From: a virus
Taxonomy: Duplodnaviria; Heunggongvirae; Uroviricota; Caudoviricetes
Virus record (IMG/VR): IMGVR_UViG_3300047444_000299
Coordinates: 64,001 to 128,000 of that record
Strand: one strand, 5' to 3'
DNA length: 64,000 nt
Under the pieces are notes generated by a model that made no database searches, was not told the origin of the DNA, and saw nothing but the letters and a program-made list of their open reading frames with translations. Below, piece after piece: positions 34,182-43,480 of this stretch. Position 1 is the stretch's first letter; each line of letters starts with the position of its first letter. The position numbers and the translations under genes were made by a program.

Positions 34182-34377
34182 GCCGATCAACACCAAATTG
34201 AGAGAAATACACGGCAAAACCTTGTATTTCTCTAATCGATCCCTGACCTATAAGGATTCGGAAGGGTTTGATTATGGGCGACATGAAATCGATTGGATGG
34301 TATCCAAAGGGATCGTGTTGCAAACCATCAATTTCCGGCTAATGGTCTACGAATTCACCGTCTCCCCGTACTACTAA
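34156..34377 (+). CDS. hypothetical protein
   Basis: 73-aa ORF in the operon. Confidence 0.55.
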   Translation: MRQMLGLPKPINTKLREIHGKTLYFSNRSLTYKDSEGFDYGRHEIDWMVSKGIVLQTINFRLMVYEFTVSPYY

Positions 34378-34378
34378 T

Positions 34379-34840
34379 ATGAAGAAATCCATTTGGAAGC
34401 CGTGGGAAGACGGTCAGACGCATATCAACGTTTATAGTAAGGGTAAGACCGATCTAGGCCAATGGCTGTCCAATTTCGCTTATAGCCCGTTTAAACATCC
34501 TAAGTATGGATCATTTGATTCAATCGAAGGGTTTTGGTACTGGCTGTCTACCGGAATGCAATACGACAAGCTCCGAACCCTGCATGGTTATCTAGCCAAG
34601 GCTCAGGGTAAGAAATACGCGATCATCGAACACCCGAACTTTGAACAATGCATCAAAACTGCTATTCGTGCAAAGCTGATAGCCAACCCAGATCGTTTAA
34701 GACAGATTATCGACAATCCATTACCCCTGACGCATTACTATGTGTACGGCGACAAGGCTATGCACGCCGGGTATGAATGGATAACAGATTACTATCAAGA
34801 AATACGGCGAGCGTGTATCGCCAAGAACTACAGACCATAA
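34379..34840 (+). CDS. NADAR-like protein (T4 gp30.3-related)
   Basis: LSNFAYSPF...G.FDSIEGFW resembles recalled T4 30.3 LSNFAQWPF...FGGLEGF. Confidence 0.55.
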   Translation: MKKSIWKPWEDGQTHINVYSKGKTDLGQWLSNFAYSPFKHPKYGSFDSIEGFWYWLSTGMQYDKLRTLHGYLAKAQGKKYAIIEHPNFEQCIKTAIRAKLIANPDRLRQIIDNPLPLTHYYVYGDKAMHAGYEWITDYYQEIRRACIAKNYRP

Positions 34841-34843
34841 ATA
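34836..34843 (+). promoter_or_regulatory. T4-type late promoter for endoVII
   Basis: CATAAATA just upstream of the gene 49 homolog, as in T4. Confidence 0.6.
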
Positions 34844-34866
34844 CCTTTATACAATGAAGGTATTTT

Positions 34867-35331
34867 ATGAAATTCCCTAAACAACTGACCCCGACAACCG
34901 CCAAGAAATACAAAGCTCAATTGATCATCGATCAGAAGGGGCTCTGTAGACTGTGTGGGCACCCGTTGCCAATTGACATGTCCAAGATACACCTTGACCA
35001 CGATCATGACACAGGGCATGTCCGAGGGGCTTTGCATTCGAGCTGCAACCGAACAGAAGGGAAGTTGAAGTCTGTGTATAGACGTATGGGCGGTGATCCA
35101 TCAATTTATTTTGAATGGTTGGCGTCATTATCCGTCTATCTGCAACAAGATTCAACCCATAATCCAATACACCCTCAACACGTTTTAGATCAAACTAAAA
35201 AATTCAAGGCTTTGACCAAACCCGAACAGGAATTGCGGTTGAAGTCTTTGGGCGTTGCTTTTGATGAAAAGGCAACAAAAAATGACCTGACGAAGCTCTA
35301 TCAGAAGTATCTGAAAACCTTCACCAAATAA
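34867..35331 (+). CDS. 49: recombination endonuclease VII
   Basis: QKGLC.LC, HLDHDH.TGHVRG.L...CN..EGK, YL.QD....PIHP. Confidence 0.93.
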   Translation: MKFPKQLTPTTAKKYKAQLIIDQKGLCRLCGHPLPIDMSKIHLDHDHDTGHVRGALHSSCNRTEGKLKSVYRRMGGDPSIYFEWLASLSVYLQQDSTHNPIHPQHVLDQTKKFKALTKPEQELRLKSLGVAFDEKATKNDLTKLYQKYLKTFTK

Positions 35332-35342
35332 GGCAGTGTAGA

Positions 35343-36158
35343 ATGGGCAATCAACAAAATCGTAACAAGCGACCAACCAGAGCCGAACGTAGAGACGCGA
35401 AAGCGACAATTGCTGCGTTCAATCAGGGACTAGGTGATGGAATTGATCCAAATCCAACCCCACGCGGTAAAGGTAAAGGCACTAGGCCGAATCCTGCTGT
35501 AATGGTCGGTGTAAAACTCGATTTGACCAAATCCCAAAAGACCGTAGGTAATCTAATCAAATCGCGAGATTTGCTGTTTATCCAAGGGGCTGCGGGTGCT
35601 GGTAAGACTATGGGGATTCTAGCTGAATTTGTATCCCAATTTCTTGCAGACAACACAAAACAAATCATAGTCATTCGAACCCCTGTCGAGGCCGGTTCCG
35701 ATAAAATCGGATTCCTACCGAACGCATTGAGTGACAAGATCGAACCTCACTTTGCATCAGCTAAAGACGCGCTGAATCTGTTGCTTGGGAAAGGTAAGGT
35801 TGAAACTGCTATGGATGATCGTATCCATTTCAAAATCCCGAACTATTGCCTAGGTTCTACTTGGGATAACGCTCTGGTTCTGATTGATGAAGCCCAGCAA
35901 ATTCAACCGATGATCATGAAACTGTTGCTAGAACGTGCTGGTAAAAATACCAAAATCGTTGTAGCTGGTGACCCAACTCAGTTGTATGTAACCGATACAA
36001 CCCGTAACGGCCTGTCCAATGCTCGTTCCAAGTTCATTGACACAGACGGGGTTCCATTCTACCCAACCGTAGATTGGTTTGACTTCCCACTGGAAGACTC
36101 GAAAACCCGCTCTGAATTGGCGTATACCGTTGTACATGCCTATAACACAAAACGTTAA
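35343..36158 (+). CDS. phoH: PhoH-like ATPase
   Basis: GAAGAGKT, I...R.PVE....IGFLP, G.TWDN..V.IDEAQ, LL.R.G...KIV..GDP.Q. Confidence 0.9.
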   Translation: MGNQQNRNKRPTRAERRDAKATIAAFNQGLGDGIDPNPTPRGKGKGTRPNPAVMVGVKLDLTKSQKTVGNLIKSRDLLFIQGAAGAGKTMGILAEFVSQFLADNTKQIIVIRTPVEAGSDKIGFLPNALSDKIEPHFASAKDALNLLLGKGKVETAMDDRIHFKIPNYCLGSTWDNALVLIDEAQQIQPMIMKLLLERAGKNTKIVVAGDPTQLYVTDTTRNGLSNARSKFIDTDGVPFYPTVDWFDFPLEDSKTRSELAYTVVHAYNTKR

Positions 36159-36200
36159 TCCATCAAACGCCCTTCGGGGCGTTTTTTTGTTTCTATTCTG

Positions 36201-36229
36201 TTTAGGCTGACTCGAAACAGTGGTATGAT
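36201..36229 (+). promoter_or_regulatory. class 2 promoter
   Basis: TTCTG-TTTAGG-17-TATGAT upstream of the ligase, after terminator 36167-36188. Confidence 0.7.
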
Positions 36230-36254
36230 AGCCCCATATCACAAAGAGGTCTGA

Positions 36255-37664
36255 ATGACAAACCAATACCCTGATGTCCTGAGTATCATTGAAGCCGTTG
36301 CGAATGTCCCCGGCAAGAATGATAAAGTCGCAATTCTCGAAGCAAACAAAGACAATGAAGACCTAAAGACCGCTGTGTTTCTGGCGCTCAATGGTCTAAT
36401 TTCGTTTTACATCAAAAAGCTTCCTATCGCTACAGAACACCGTGGGGATTATACCCTGCAAGCTGCTCTCAAGCTGCTCCCAATCGTTCTGGCAGGCCGT
36501 CAGAAGACCGGTCACGCTGCGATTGAGTGGGTTAAACACCTGTTGGAATCCTGTTCCGAACGCGATGCCGAAGTGGTTCGACGTGTTCTAGGTCGTGACC
36601 TACGCATGGGTGCATCCGATGGTTCGGCGGATAAGGTCTGGCCGGGTCTGGTCCCATCGTTCAACGTGATGTTGGCGACGGCGTATTCCGACAAAGCTCT
36701 GGCTAAGATCAAATACCCGGCGATTGCCCAGCTCAAAGCCGATGGTAGCCGTACACAAGCGATTGTAGACCTTGATAACCGCACAGCCAGCTTCTGGACC
36801 AGAAACGGTAAGCCTCTTGAGCTTTCCCAAGCATCTATTGATGCAATCGTTGCTACGTTTGATGGAACTGATTGGACCGGTAAGGTTGTCCTAGATGGCG
36901 AGATTGTCTATCGACTCCCAGCAAAAGAAGCTTCACCGTTTGACGACGTACTGGAAACACCCGAAGAACCAGCTATTGCAGATCGTTCGACCGGTAACGG
37001 GATCTATAACAAAGCGGTTAAGGGTACGATTTCCCCAGCCGAGGAAGCCGGACTGCACTTTGTACTATGGGATTTGATTCCATACGATCAGTGGCAAGCT
37101 GGTAAGTCGGCAAACGATTATGAAACTCGTTTGGCTCAGTTGAATGAACTGAAACATACTGTGTTCACGTCGGTCATCGAAACCCATATCGTTAATAACT
37201 TGGCAGAAGCTACAGCGATCTATTCCAAATATATCGCGATGGATCTTGAGGGAATCATTCTCAAGAACTTGAAAGGCTTGTGGACCAATACCCGGTCGAA
37301 AGATCAGGTTAAGTTCAAACAGGTTATGACCGCTGACCTTCTGGTTATCGGCGTCAAGAACGGTAAGGATGGAAAGAAATACGAGGAAATCGCCGGTACA
37401 TTGACCTGTACGACTCAATGTCGTTTGGTTGAAGTTGATGCATCTGGTATGTCTGATGCGGAACGTGAATGGTTCTGGATCAATCGCGAAAAGATCGTTG
37501 TCGATCAAATGATTGTCGAAGTTGAATATAATGGGATTGTAAAGCGCCGTGGCTCGGATGTTTCCAGTCTGTTCCTACCACAGTTCGTGAAAATCCGTGA
37601 TGATAAAACTGTTGCAAATACCTTGGAAGAACTCCAAGCGAAAAAGGCGGAAGTTAGTTTATGA
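36255..37664 (+). CDS. 30: ATP-dependent DNA ligase gp30
   Basis: AQLKADGSR (KxDG), VLDGEIV, WDLIP, EGIILKN, W...RSKDQ.KFK, LFLP.F..IR.DK..AN. Confidence 0.96.
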   Translation: MTNQYPDVLSIIEAVANVPGKNDKVAILEANKDNEDLKTAVFLALNGLISFYIKKLPIATEHRGDYTLQAALKLLPIVLAGRQKTGHAAIEWVKHLLESCSERDAEVVRRVLGRDLRMGASDGSADKVWPGLVPSFNVMLATAYSDKALAKIKYPAIAQLKADGSRTQAIVDLDNRTASFWTRNGKPLELSQASIDAIVATFDGTDWTGKVVLDGEIVYRLPAKEASPFDDVLETPEEPAIADRSTGNGIYNKAVKGTISPAEEAGLHFVLWDLIPYDQWQAGKSANDYETRLAQLNELKHTVFTSVIETHIVNNLAEATAIYSKYIAMDLEGIILKNLKGLWTNTRSKDQVKFKQVMTADLLVIGVKNGKDGKKYEEIAGTLTCTTQCRLVEVDASGMSDAEREWFWINREKIVVDQMIVEVEYNGIVKRRGSDVSSLFLPQFVKIRDDKTVANTLEELQAKKAEVSL

Positions 37665-37918
37665 ATTTATTCAACAGATCGAAGCCTGTAGAACCGGCGC
37701 CGATTCAGAAACCACGGGTAAAAACCCTTTATTTAAAGTTCCGTGGACCAAACAACAAAGTTATTGATATCACCCATAAAGGGTTGTCTCGATTCTCACC
37801 GTTTCAGTACGGTATGCACGGTATCATCACCCATGAATTTTTCATTGGGGATGTTCATTGGTGCTACAGAGAATCGGATGATTTTATCCTCGCCCAATAC
37901 CATATCGAAGTGGAATAA
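37661..37918 (+). CDS. hypothetical protein
   Basis: ATGA-coupled 85-aa ORF. Confidence 0.6.
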   Translation: MNLFNRSKPVEPAPIQKPRVKTLYLKFRGPNNKVIDITHKGLSRFSPFQYGMHGIITHEFFIGDVHWCYRESDDFILAQYHIEVE

Positions 37919-37920
37919 GA

Positions 37921-38361
37921 ATGAGCTTAGTAGATTTTGTACAAGAAACGGTAAACCATATTACCCATCACCAGCAAGATGAACCCCTTAATGCACCGGA
38001 TTTGGTTGAACCTACAACCATTCCAGCCGCTCAAGACACTCAAGACACATACCCAAGCTTCGATGACGCTCGTATGGAAATGCAGCGTCAGGTTGCCAAA
38101 TGGGGGATTCAAGACCATTTGAGCTACACCCCGGATACCGTATTTGATGTTGGTACATCAAACGCCGATGATGCGAAACGGTTCTGTAACCGAAAAGCAA
38201 CATCCGGGTTGGTTTCGTGGACTGATATTTTTGCCGAAGAAGTATTAGAAGCAATCGAAGAAGCCAAAAACGGTGACTTGGAAAAGCTTGATACTGAATT
38301 GGTTCAATGCATCGCAGTTGCTCAATCGTGGCGTGAATCCATCAAAAGGAATAAGCGTTGA
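37921..38361 (+). CDS. MazG-like all-alpha NTP pyrophosphohydrolase
   Basis: RQ..KWG.Q.H, W..I..EE..EA, ELVQ..AVA..W.ESI. Confidence 0.65.
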   Translation: MSLVDFVQETVNHITHHQQDEPLNAPDLVEPTTIPAAQDTQDTYPSFDDARMEMQRQVAKWGIQDHLSYTPDTVFDVGTSNADDAKRFCNRKATSGLVSWTDIFAEEVLEAIEEAKNGDLEKLDTELVQCIAVAQSWRESIKRNKR

Positions 38362-38954
38362 AACCAACTATTTTAGTTGACGTTGATGGAGTATTGGTGG
38401 ACTGGTTTAGCCGGTTCCCATACTTTCTGGAACAGAAAGGAATGCCGCGTGAAAAGGCGATCATGATGTACGCCCATAGCCACTGGCAGACGATTGAAGA
38501 CCTTACAGGGCTCCCCACAGCGGAAGCATCTGTTCTGGTGGACGAGTACAGCCGTTCGAAGTTTATGAAGTACCTGACGCCTTACAAGGACGCTTTGATC
38601 GCAGTCAATCACCTAAAGTATTGGTACGATTTTGTAGCGGTTACGGCTATCTCCAATTCACCTGAAACACTCAAACACAGAACCGAGAACCTTGAGTTTT
38701 GGTTCCCCGGTGCATTCTCCAAAGTGCATTGTGTTGGATTAGATGGAAACAAGCTAGAAATCCTTGCTAAATACGACCCCACGGTCTGGGTTGACGATTC
38801 GCCGGGGTACGTGAAAGAGGGGTTGATGGCAGGCCACCAATGCATTAGACTGGTCCGCGATTCTAGAATGAATCAGATTCCATCATTTATTGCCCATGAT
38901 TGGCAAGAAGTGTCGAATTTGATCCAACAATTGAAACCAATCCGAGTAAAGTAA
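38358..38954 (+). CDS. 30.2: HAD-family 5'(3')-nucleotidase, T4 gp30.2-like
   Basis: KPTIL.D.DGV...W.S..PYF, F..YL.PYKDAL, FVAVTA, NL...FPGAFS.V, DD. Confidence 0.85.
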   Translation: MKPTILVDVDGVLVDWFSRFPYFLEQKGMPREKAIMMYAHSHWQTIEDLTGLPTAEASVLVDEYSRSKFMKYLTPYKDALIAVNHLKYWYDFVAVTAISNSPETLKHRTENLEFWFPGAFSKVHCVGLDGNKLEILAKYDPTVWVDDSPGYVKEGLMAGHQCIRLVRDSRMNQIPSFIAHDWQEVSNLIQQLKPIRVK

Positions 38955-38955
38955 A

Positions 38956-39138
38956 ATGATGAAATTCCGCATCCGCCGTGGTTATTTGGTAGAAATCCCA
39001 GTACATTTTGTTGGGGTCATTACCACAAAGAAAACCAAACGTCAACGTAAATCTATTGCAAAACAAAAGGTTTACAAACGTAAGGTCCGGTTGATGCGGG
39101 ATGAATCATTCGCATTCAAAACACAAGAGGCTTATTAA
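38956..39138 (+). CDS. small basic protein
   Basis: 60-aa K/R-rich ORF. Confidence 0.55.
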   Translation: MMKFRIRRGYLVEIPVHFVGVITTKKTKRQRKSIAKQKVYKRKVRLMRDESFAFKTQEAY

Positions 39139-39266
39139 TGAAACGCATTAGAAACCCGGTTGCAACCTTCATGGAGGATTTCAACCGGCCTGTCACGATG
39201 GTGGACAGAAAGAAAGCCGACCGAAACGGCAAACGTAAGCACCGAAAAACGTGGAGGGACGAGTGA
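39138..39266 (+). CDS. 42-aa basic protein (UvsY.-2-like)
   Basis: MKRIRNPVATFMEDFNRPVTMVDRKKADRNGKRKHRK; TAATG coupling; position upstream of uvsY. Confidence 0.55.
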   Translation: MKRIRNPVATFMEDFNRPVTMVDRKKADRNGKRKHRKTWRDE

Positions 39267-39694
39267 GTACCGAAGAACCAAAAGATAAACTGCAAGATAT
39301 GCAGGCTAAATTGGATGCGGATCTAGTGATAGATCCCAGCCATTTGATGTCGGAAGTTGCGGGTAATATCACGAAACATGCCAGTTATTACCACAAATTA
39401 ACCGCATGGAAGGCAAAGTTGAAAATGGCCGAACTTGATCTATTGGCATTGGTTCGAAATAGATACAACTTCTATGCCGGTAAACATGATGACCCTATCT
39501 ACAGCTATAACTTGGCAGCCGCTGGCATCACCAAGAATGTTGAGGGTGATAGTCAAGTTCTGGATAAAATGAAAGCCAATGCCATGATTCAAATCAAAGT
39601 TGATTTTTATGAAAAGGCTTGCAAGTTGTTTAGTGATCGTGGGTTTGCAATTCAAAACATGATTGCAATTGTGAAATTTGAGAATGGGGTTTGA
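39263..39694 (+). CDS. uvsY: recombination mediator UvsY
   Basis: GGAGG RBS plus GTG; LDADL.ID...L..E, YY.G, Y....D.., F..RGFAI.NMI....FENG. Confidence 0.9.
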   Translation: MSTEEPKDKLQDMQAKLDADLVIDPSHLMSEVAGNITKHASYYHKLTAWKAKLKMAELDLLALVRNRYNFYAGKHDDPIYSYNLAAAGITKNVEGDSQVLDKMKANAMIQIKVDFYEKACKLFSDRGFAIQNMIAIVKFENGV

Positions 39695-39696
39695 GA

Positions 39697-40737
39697 ATGG
39701 GCGGTAACGCATTAAAGGAATATGGAGCAACACGATTAGATCGGGCCGAATACGAAAAGATTGCATCAAAACTGGTCAATGCATTGAATCAAATCATACA
39801 ACAAGCTGGCGTCAGCGGTTATGCAACGGTTATTCGTGCATATCGTAATAAGCCGAGTTTCGGTGATATTGATGTTGTTGTTCCTAGAGAATTACATCAT
39901 GCAGTTTCGGATACAGAATTGTCAATACAGTTACCATATCTCATGAACCTATACCCGGCGTTTGTGTTCAAATCAAACGGCCCGGTAACCAGTTTTGGGA
40001 TTCCATTATCAACTGGTGGTGTGTTCCAAGCTGATTTGATCTATACCCAAGCCGATCATTTCGATTTCGCGGTAGAATACTACTCTTGGAACGATCTTGG
40101 CAACCTGATTGGGCGAATCGCTCACAAATTGGGCCTACGGTTCGGACATGACGGCCTGACGATGCCTTTACGGGATGGTGACAATCTATTTGATACAATC
40201 ATCCTAACCAGAGACTTCAAGACCGCTATCGAGTTCCTAGGGTACAGTAACCGCCAGTACCAGCGTGGATTTGATACAATGGAAGACATATTCAAGTTTA
40301 CCATCAATACCTACATGTTCAATTCCGCGATCTATGACCTTGACAACCGAAACCATACCGCAAGGGTTCGTGACAAAAAACGTCCGACATATACCGCGTT
40401 TCTGGCTTGGTTGAAAGAACACCCGGAAGTAGACAAAGAATTCCCATTCCCGAAAGACAAGACCTTCTGGCATCAAGTCATTTGGAATTATTTCCCGGCT
40501 GCGTTGGATGAATACAGTGCAGCAGTGGCTAGATTGCAACGGGTAAAATTCATCAAGAATAAGTTCAATGGGGATTTGATTCGTGGTATCATCGGGCTGG
40601 AAGGTAAGGAATTGGGTGGTTTCATAACCAAATTCAAAGGACTATTCGAACGTCCGGCTGATTTTGAGCGGTGGATCATCAAAACCGATCAAATTGACAT
40701 CAATTTTGCAATCAAGGCGCTTTATGACGAATCTTGA
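39697..40737 (+). CDS. Pol-beta-superfamily nucleotidyltransferase of unknown substrate
   Basis: MGGNAL, K.SFGDID.VV, FQ.DLI, YY.WNDLGNLIGRIAH..GL.FGH.GL. Confidence 0.75.
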   Translation: MGGNALKEYGATRLDRAEYEKIASKLVNALNQIIQQAGVSGYATVIRAYRNKPSFGDIDVVVPRELHHAVSDTELSIQLPYLMNLYPAFVFKSNGPVTSFGIPLSTGGVFQADLIYTQADHFDFAVEYYSWNDLGNLIGRIAHKLGLRFGHDGLTMPLRDGDNLFDTIILTRDFKTAIEFLGYSNRQYQRGFDTMEDIFKFTINTYMFNSAIYDLDNRNHTARVRDKKRPTYTAFLAWLKEHPEVDKEFPFPKDKTFWHQVIWNYFPAALDEYSAAVARLQRVKFIKNKFNGDLIRGIIGLEGKELGGFITKFKGLFERPADFERWIIKTDQIDINFAIKALYDES

Positions 40738-41005
40738 CAAGAATGAAGTCCATCAAATCATGATGGAAGTACCGGAAAGCTGGCGGTATCGCTGGTGTGG
40801 TGGTGGTGGCCCATGCGGCTGTATGGGATGTTCCAACGTCTCTGGGATGGTTACATCAAAGGGTGTGACCAAAGAACAGTGGGTGGAATGGGTTGCATCA
40901 AATCCTGAGCCCGAACCAGAACCGAATTTGTGGTTGCCGGACGACGACCGAACCCCATTGCAACGGAAGCTGTCGCAGTATTTCGCAGCTAAGGCCATTT
41001 CGTAA
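40724..41005 (+). CDS. hypothetical Cys-rich protein
   Basis: WRYRWC....CGCMGC motif. Confidence 0.65.
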   Translation: MTNLDKNEVHQIMMEVPESWRYRWCGGGGPCGCMGCSNVSGMVTSKGVTKEQWVEWVASNPEPEPEPNLWLPDDDRTPLQRKLSQYFAAKAIS

Positions 41006-41223
41006 TGAAATGGTATGAATGGAAATGGTGGCGACTGGCTAAGGGATTTAGTTCCGGTGGCATGACAGGTGATGGTCATGGAATTTGGATTCCAATTTTC
41101 AATACAAAATTTAAATGGCTATCCGAAAAGGGCCGTAAATTTTGTAGTAACTGCACCCGGACTGTTCCGGCCCCAGTTGATCCATATGAACCACCGCTGT
41201 GTGGGCATTGTCAAGACGTTTAG
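41005..41223 (+). CDS. hypothetical protein with zinc-ribbon motif
   Basis: CSNC...PLCGHC. Confidence 0.55.
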   Translation: MKWYEWKWWRLAKGFSSGGMTGDGHGIWIPIFNTKFKWLSEKGRKFCSNCTRTVPAPVDPYEPPLCGHCQDV

Positions 41224-41228
41224 TTAAT

Positions 41229-41255
41229 AAAAAGGGAGCCAATGGCTCCCTTTTT
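41229..41255. terminator. bidirectional terminator
   Basis: A5-GGGAGCC-AAT-GGCTCCC-T5; 32 bp identical to 12609-12640. Confidence 0.9.
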
Positions 41256-41258
41256 GTT

Positions 41259-41441
41259 TTATTGCGAAAAGACTTCTGAGTTGCGATAAATCTTGCGGTA
41301 CAAAGACCACGCCGCGCTCATTAGAAACGCCTGATATTGTTCACCGTGCGTATCCATGAATGCCTGTTTATTTGAAGCAACCCATTGGTCCATGCCGGGT
41401 GGGCATTGAGCCTCGACATATTCCAGAAACGTTTCCATCAA
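41259..41441 (-). CDS. small protein downstream of uvsW (UvsW.1 position)
   Basis: 60 aa, overlaps the uvsW stop; assigned by position only. Confidence 0.5.
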   Translation of the reverse strand: MMETFLEYVEAQCPPGMDQWVASNKQAFMDTHGEQYQAFLMSAAWSLYRKIYRNSEVFSQ

Positions 41442-42910
41442 ACTTTAACCTCTTTGATATGTAGTTCATGTTCCTCGGCATCATAGAACTTCAATCGTTC
41501 TTCCCCGTGACCGTAGGCATAGTTTTTACGGGATTTCCAACACAGATCATCCACCAAGTCAAACATTCTGGCTTTGGCTTTCGATACATGTTTCCGCAGC
41601 AGTCTTCCCAGACTCTGTAGGGAAATGATCTTACTCTTTGTCGGATGGGCAAAAATCGCGTTGTGGAGGTTATTTATGCTGACACCTGTGCTGAAAACTC
41701 CATATGATGCAATTACGACCGATCCCACCTCATTCTCTAGATTCTTCTTGGCTTCGGTGCGATGATCCTTTGCAGTACCACCAAAGATCAAATAGACCTT
41801 CCGTCCAGTCCCTTCTAATTTCTTGACAATCTGTTTGTACAACTCTTTACCATGTTCTACCCGATTGAATAGAACAATGGTGTTTTCATCTTTGAAATGG
41901 CAGGCCAAATTGGTAATGAACTTGTTCCGGCCTTCATGTTTGATAATGAAATCAATTTCTTCTGGGTAGGTTGACTTCTTAACCGCGTTCCGATCTGCAT
42001 CTGAATATTTCAGAATAAATCCATTCACCGAAATAGCCGATGCCGAACCTTCATCGATCATTTGTCGGGTTGTGATCGGGGCGAATACTTCACCGAACAA
42101 ACCAGTCAATTGCATGATATGGCATTTGGTATCTTTCAGAGTACCGGTTAGCCCAAGCTTGTATTCCGCATTGGTCAACTTTTCGTTGATGGTTTGCAGA
42201 GATTGGCCGGTTGCAAGGTGGACTTCATCGTTCAACAGCATTGTGAACTGTTGCATCCATTCAGCGGATTGCTTTGCAGCAGTTTGCCATGTGGTGATAA
42301 CGATCTTTCTTTGCGGACCTTTCTTGGTTTTTGGATCTAGAACTTGGATTTCATCCTGAGTAAACAGACCGTAATCAATCAAATCATCATTCATCTGAGT
42401 TCGCAGAACATCAGTTGGCACTAGAATCAATACCCGGCCTTCATTCTCATATTCCCAGCGGGTCAATAGAGCAATGATTAAGGACTTACCAGCGGATGTT
42501 GGAAGCTTCAACAGGTTACGTTGGTTATTCAAGGCGTGTAGGATCGAATCGTACTGATACCAGTGTGGTTTGATCAAATTGCCTTTCGCGTAAATCTTTT
42601 TAGTTGCCAACCAGTCATCGAAATCCTGTTTCTGGATTTTCTGAGGGATCAGAGACGGGTCACATTTAACCGAATAGGATTCTTGTTTGCAGTATTTCAG
42701 CAGTTCAATGAATAACCCTTTTGGCAGCAACTGGGTATTGATGTTGTACAACCGAATGTACCCATCCCATACGCCGTAACGAACCTTTGGCGAGAACTGG
42801 GAGCCTTCAACATGGAATTTGAACCTATCGGCTAAATCATATCTCACGGATGGGTCACCGGAGACATGGATAAAGGAGTGGTTGTATTCCTTAATAATCA
42901 CATCGGTCAT
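41438..42910 (-). CDS. uvsW: DNA helicase UvsW
   Basis: W.GYIRL, LPTSAGKSLI, ITTWQT, DEVH.A.G.S, GLTGTL, ASYGVFSTG.SI.NLH, LQS.GR.LR.H..K. Confidence 0.96.
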   Translation of the reverse strand: MTDVIIKEYNHSFIHVSGDPSVRYDLADRFKFHVEGSQFSPKVRYGVWDGYIRLYNINTQLLPKGLFIELLKYCKQESYSVKCDPSLIPQKIQKQDFDDWLATKKIYAKGNLIKPHWYQYDSILHALNNQRNLLKLPTSAGKSLIIALLTRWEYENEGRVLILVPTDVLRTQMNDDLIDYGLFTQDEIQVLDPKTKKGPQRKIVITTWQTAAKQSAEWMQQFTMLLNDEVHLATGQSLQTINEKLTNAEYKLGLTGTLKDTKCHIMQLTGLFGEVFAPITTRQMIDEGSASAISVNGFILKYSDADRNAVKKSTYPEEIDFIIKHEGRNKFITNLACHFKDENTIVLFNRVEHGKELYKQIVKKLEGTGRKVYLIFGGTAKDHRTEAKKNLENEVGSVVIASYGVFSTGVSINNLHNAIFAHPTKSKIISLQSLGRLLRKHVSKAKARMFDLVDDLCWKSRKNYAYGHGEERLKFYDAEEHELHIKEVKV

Positions 42911-42918
42911 TTTTGGGC

Positions 42919-42951
42919 ACTAAATATGGTTGTTAATATCCTTTATTTAGT
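42919..42951. promoter_or_regulatory. pair of face-to-face late promoters
   Basis: ACTAAATA on + (42919-42926, towards inh) and on - (42951-42944, towards uvsW). Confidence 0.6.
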
Positions 42952-42961
42952 GGAGTGAAGA

Positions 42962-43480
42962 ATGACTGAACAAGTCAAAGGCAAACGCGGCCCGAAGCCG
43001 AAAGAAAAGCCTACCCAAGAACCTGTTTCCAAAGCCCCTGTAAGCCCTTCTGTTGACCCTATCGGGGAAGACCTAGGCGATGTATCCAATACAACCCTTA
43101 AACCGGCTGCAATCGAATCAGACGAGCTTGTAGACACATTCAGTACCAAACTACCGGTTGGTAGTAACCTTGATGTGGCGTTAGCAGCGGTTCTTGCCGA
43201 AGTTGATTCGGAAGTAACAGCAGCAGTGCTTGCACAATACGCAACCCAAGCAGATTTTAAACCAACCCTACGGCCATCCAGTGTAGGTGGTGAACCGAAA
43301 GGCCCAATGCCTGTACCAAAAGGTATCTTTGATCTGGTGACTAAAGATCCAGAATGGAAAGATAAGATCGATTCCCATACGGCTAAACATGGCCTGAAAT
43401 CGGTTGCACATTGGCAGGATGTAAACGGCCACGTCAAAGTACGCTGTATGTCTAGTTCTAAATTTGGAGAAGTTTTGTAA
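42962..43480 (+). CDS. inh: inhibitor of prohead protease (Inh)
   Basis: C-terminus P..IF.LV...PEWK........L.S...W...NG.V.VR..SSSKF matches the T4 Inh/Hoc C-domain; divergent from uvsW as in T4. Confidence 0.7.
   Translation: MTEQVKGKRGPKPKEKPTQEPVSKAPVSPSVDPIGEDLGDVSNTTLKPAAIESDELVDTFSTKLPVGSNLDVALAAVLAEVDSEVTAAVLAQYATQADFKPTLRPSSVGGEPKGPMPVPKGIFDLVTKDPEWKDKIDSHTAKHGLKSVAHWQDVNGHVKVRCMSSSKFGEVL

Noticed and set aside
41259-41441. Naming this ORF uvsW.1
   Set aside because: The position fits but the sequence shows no recognisable similarity to recalled T4 UvsW.1
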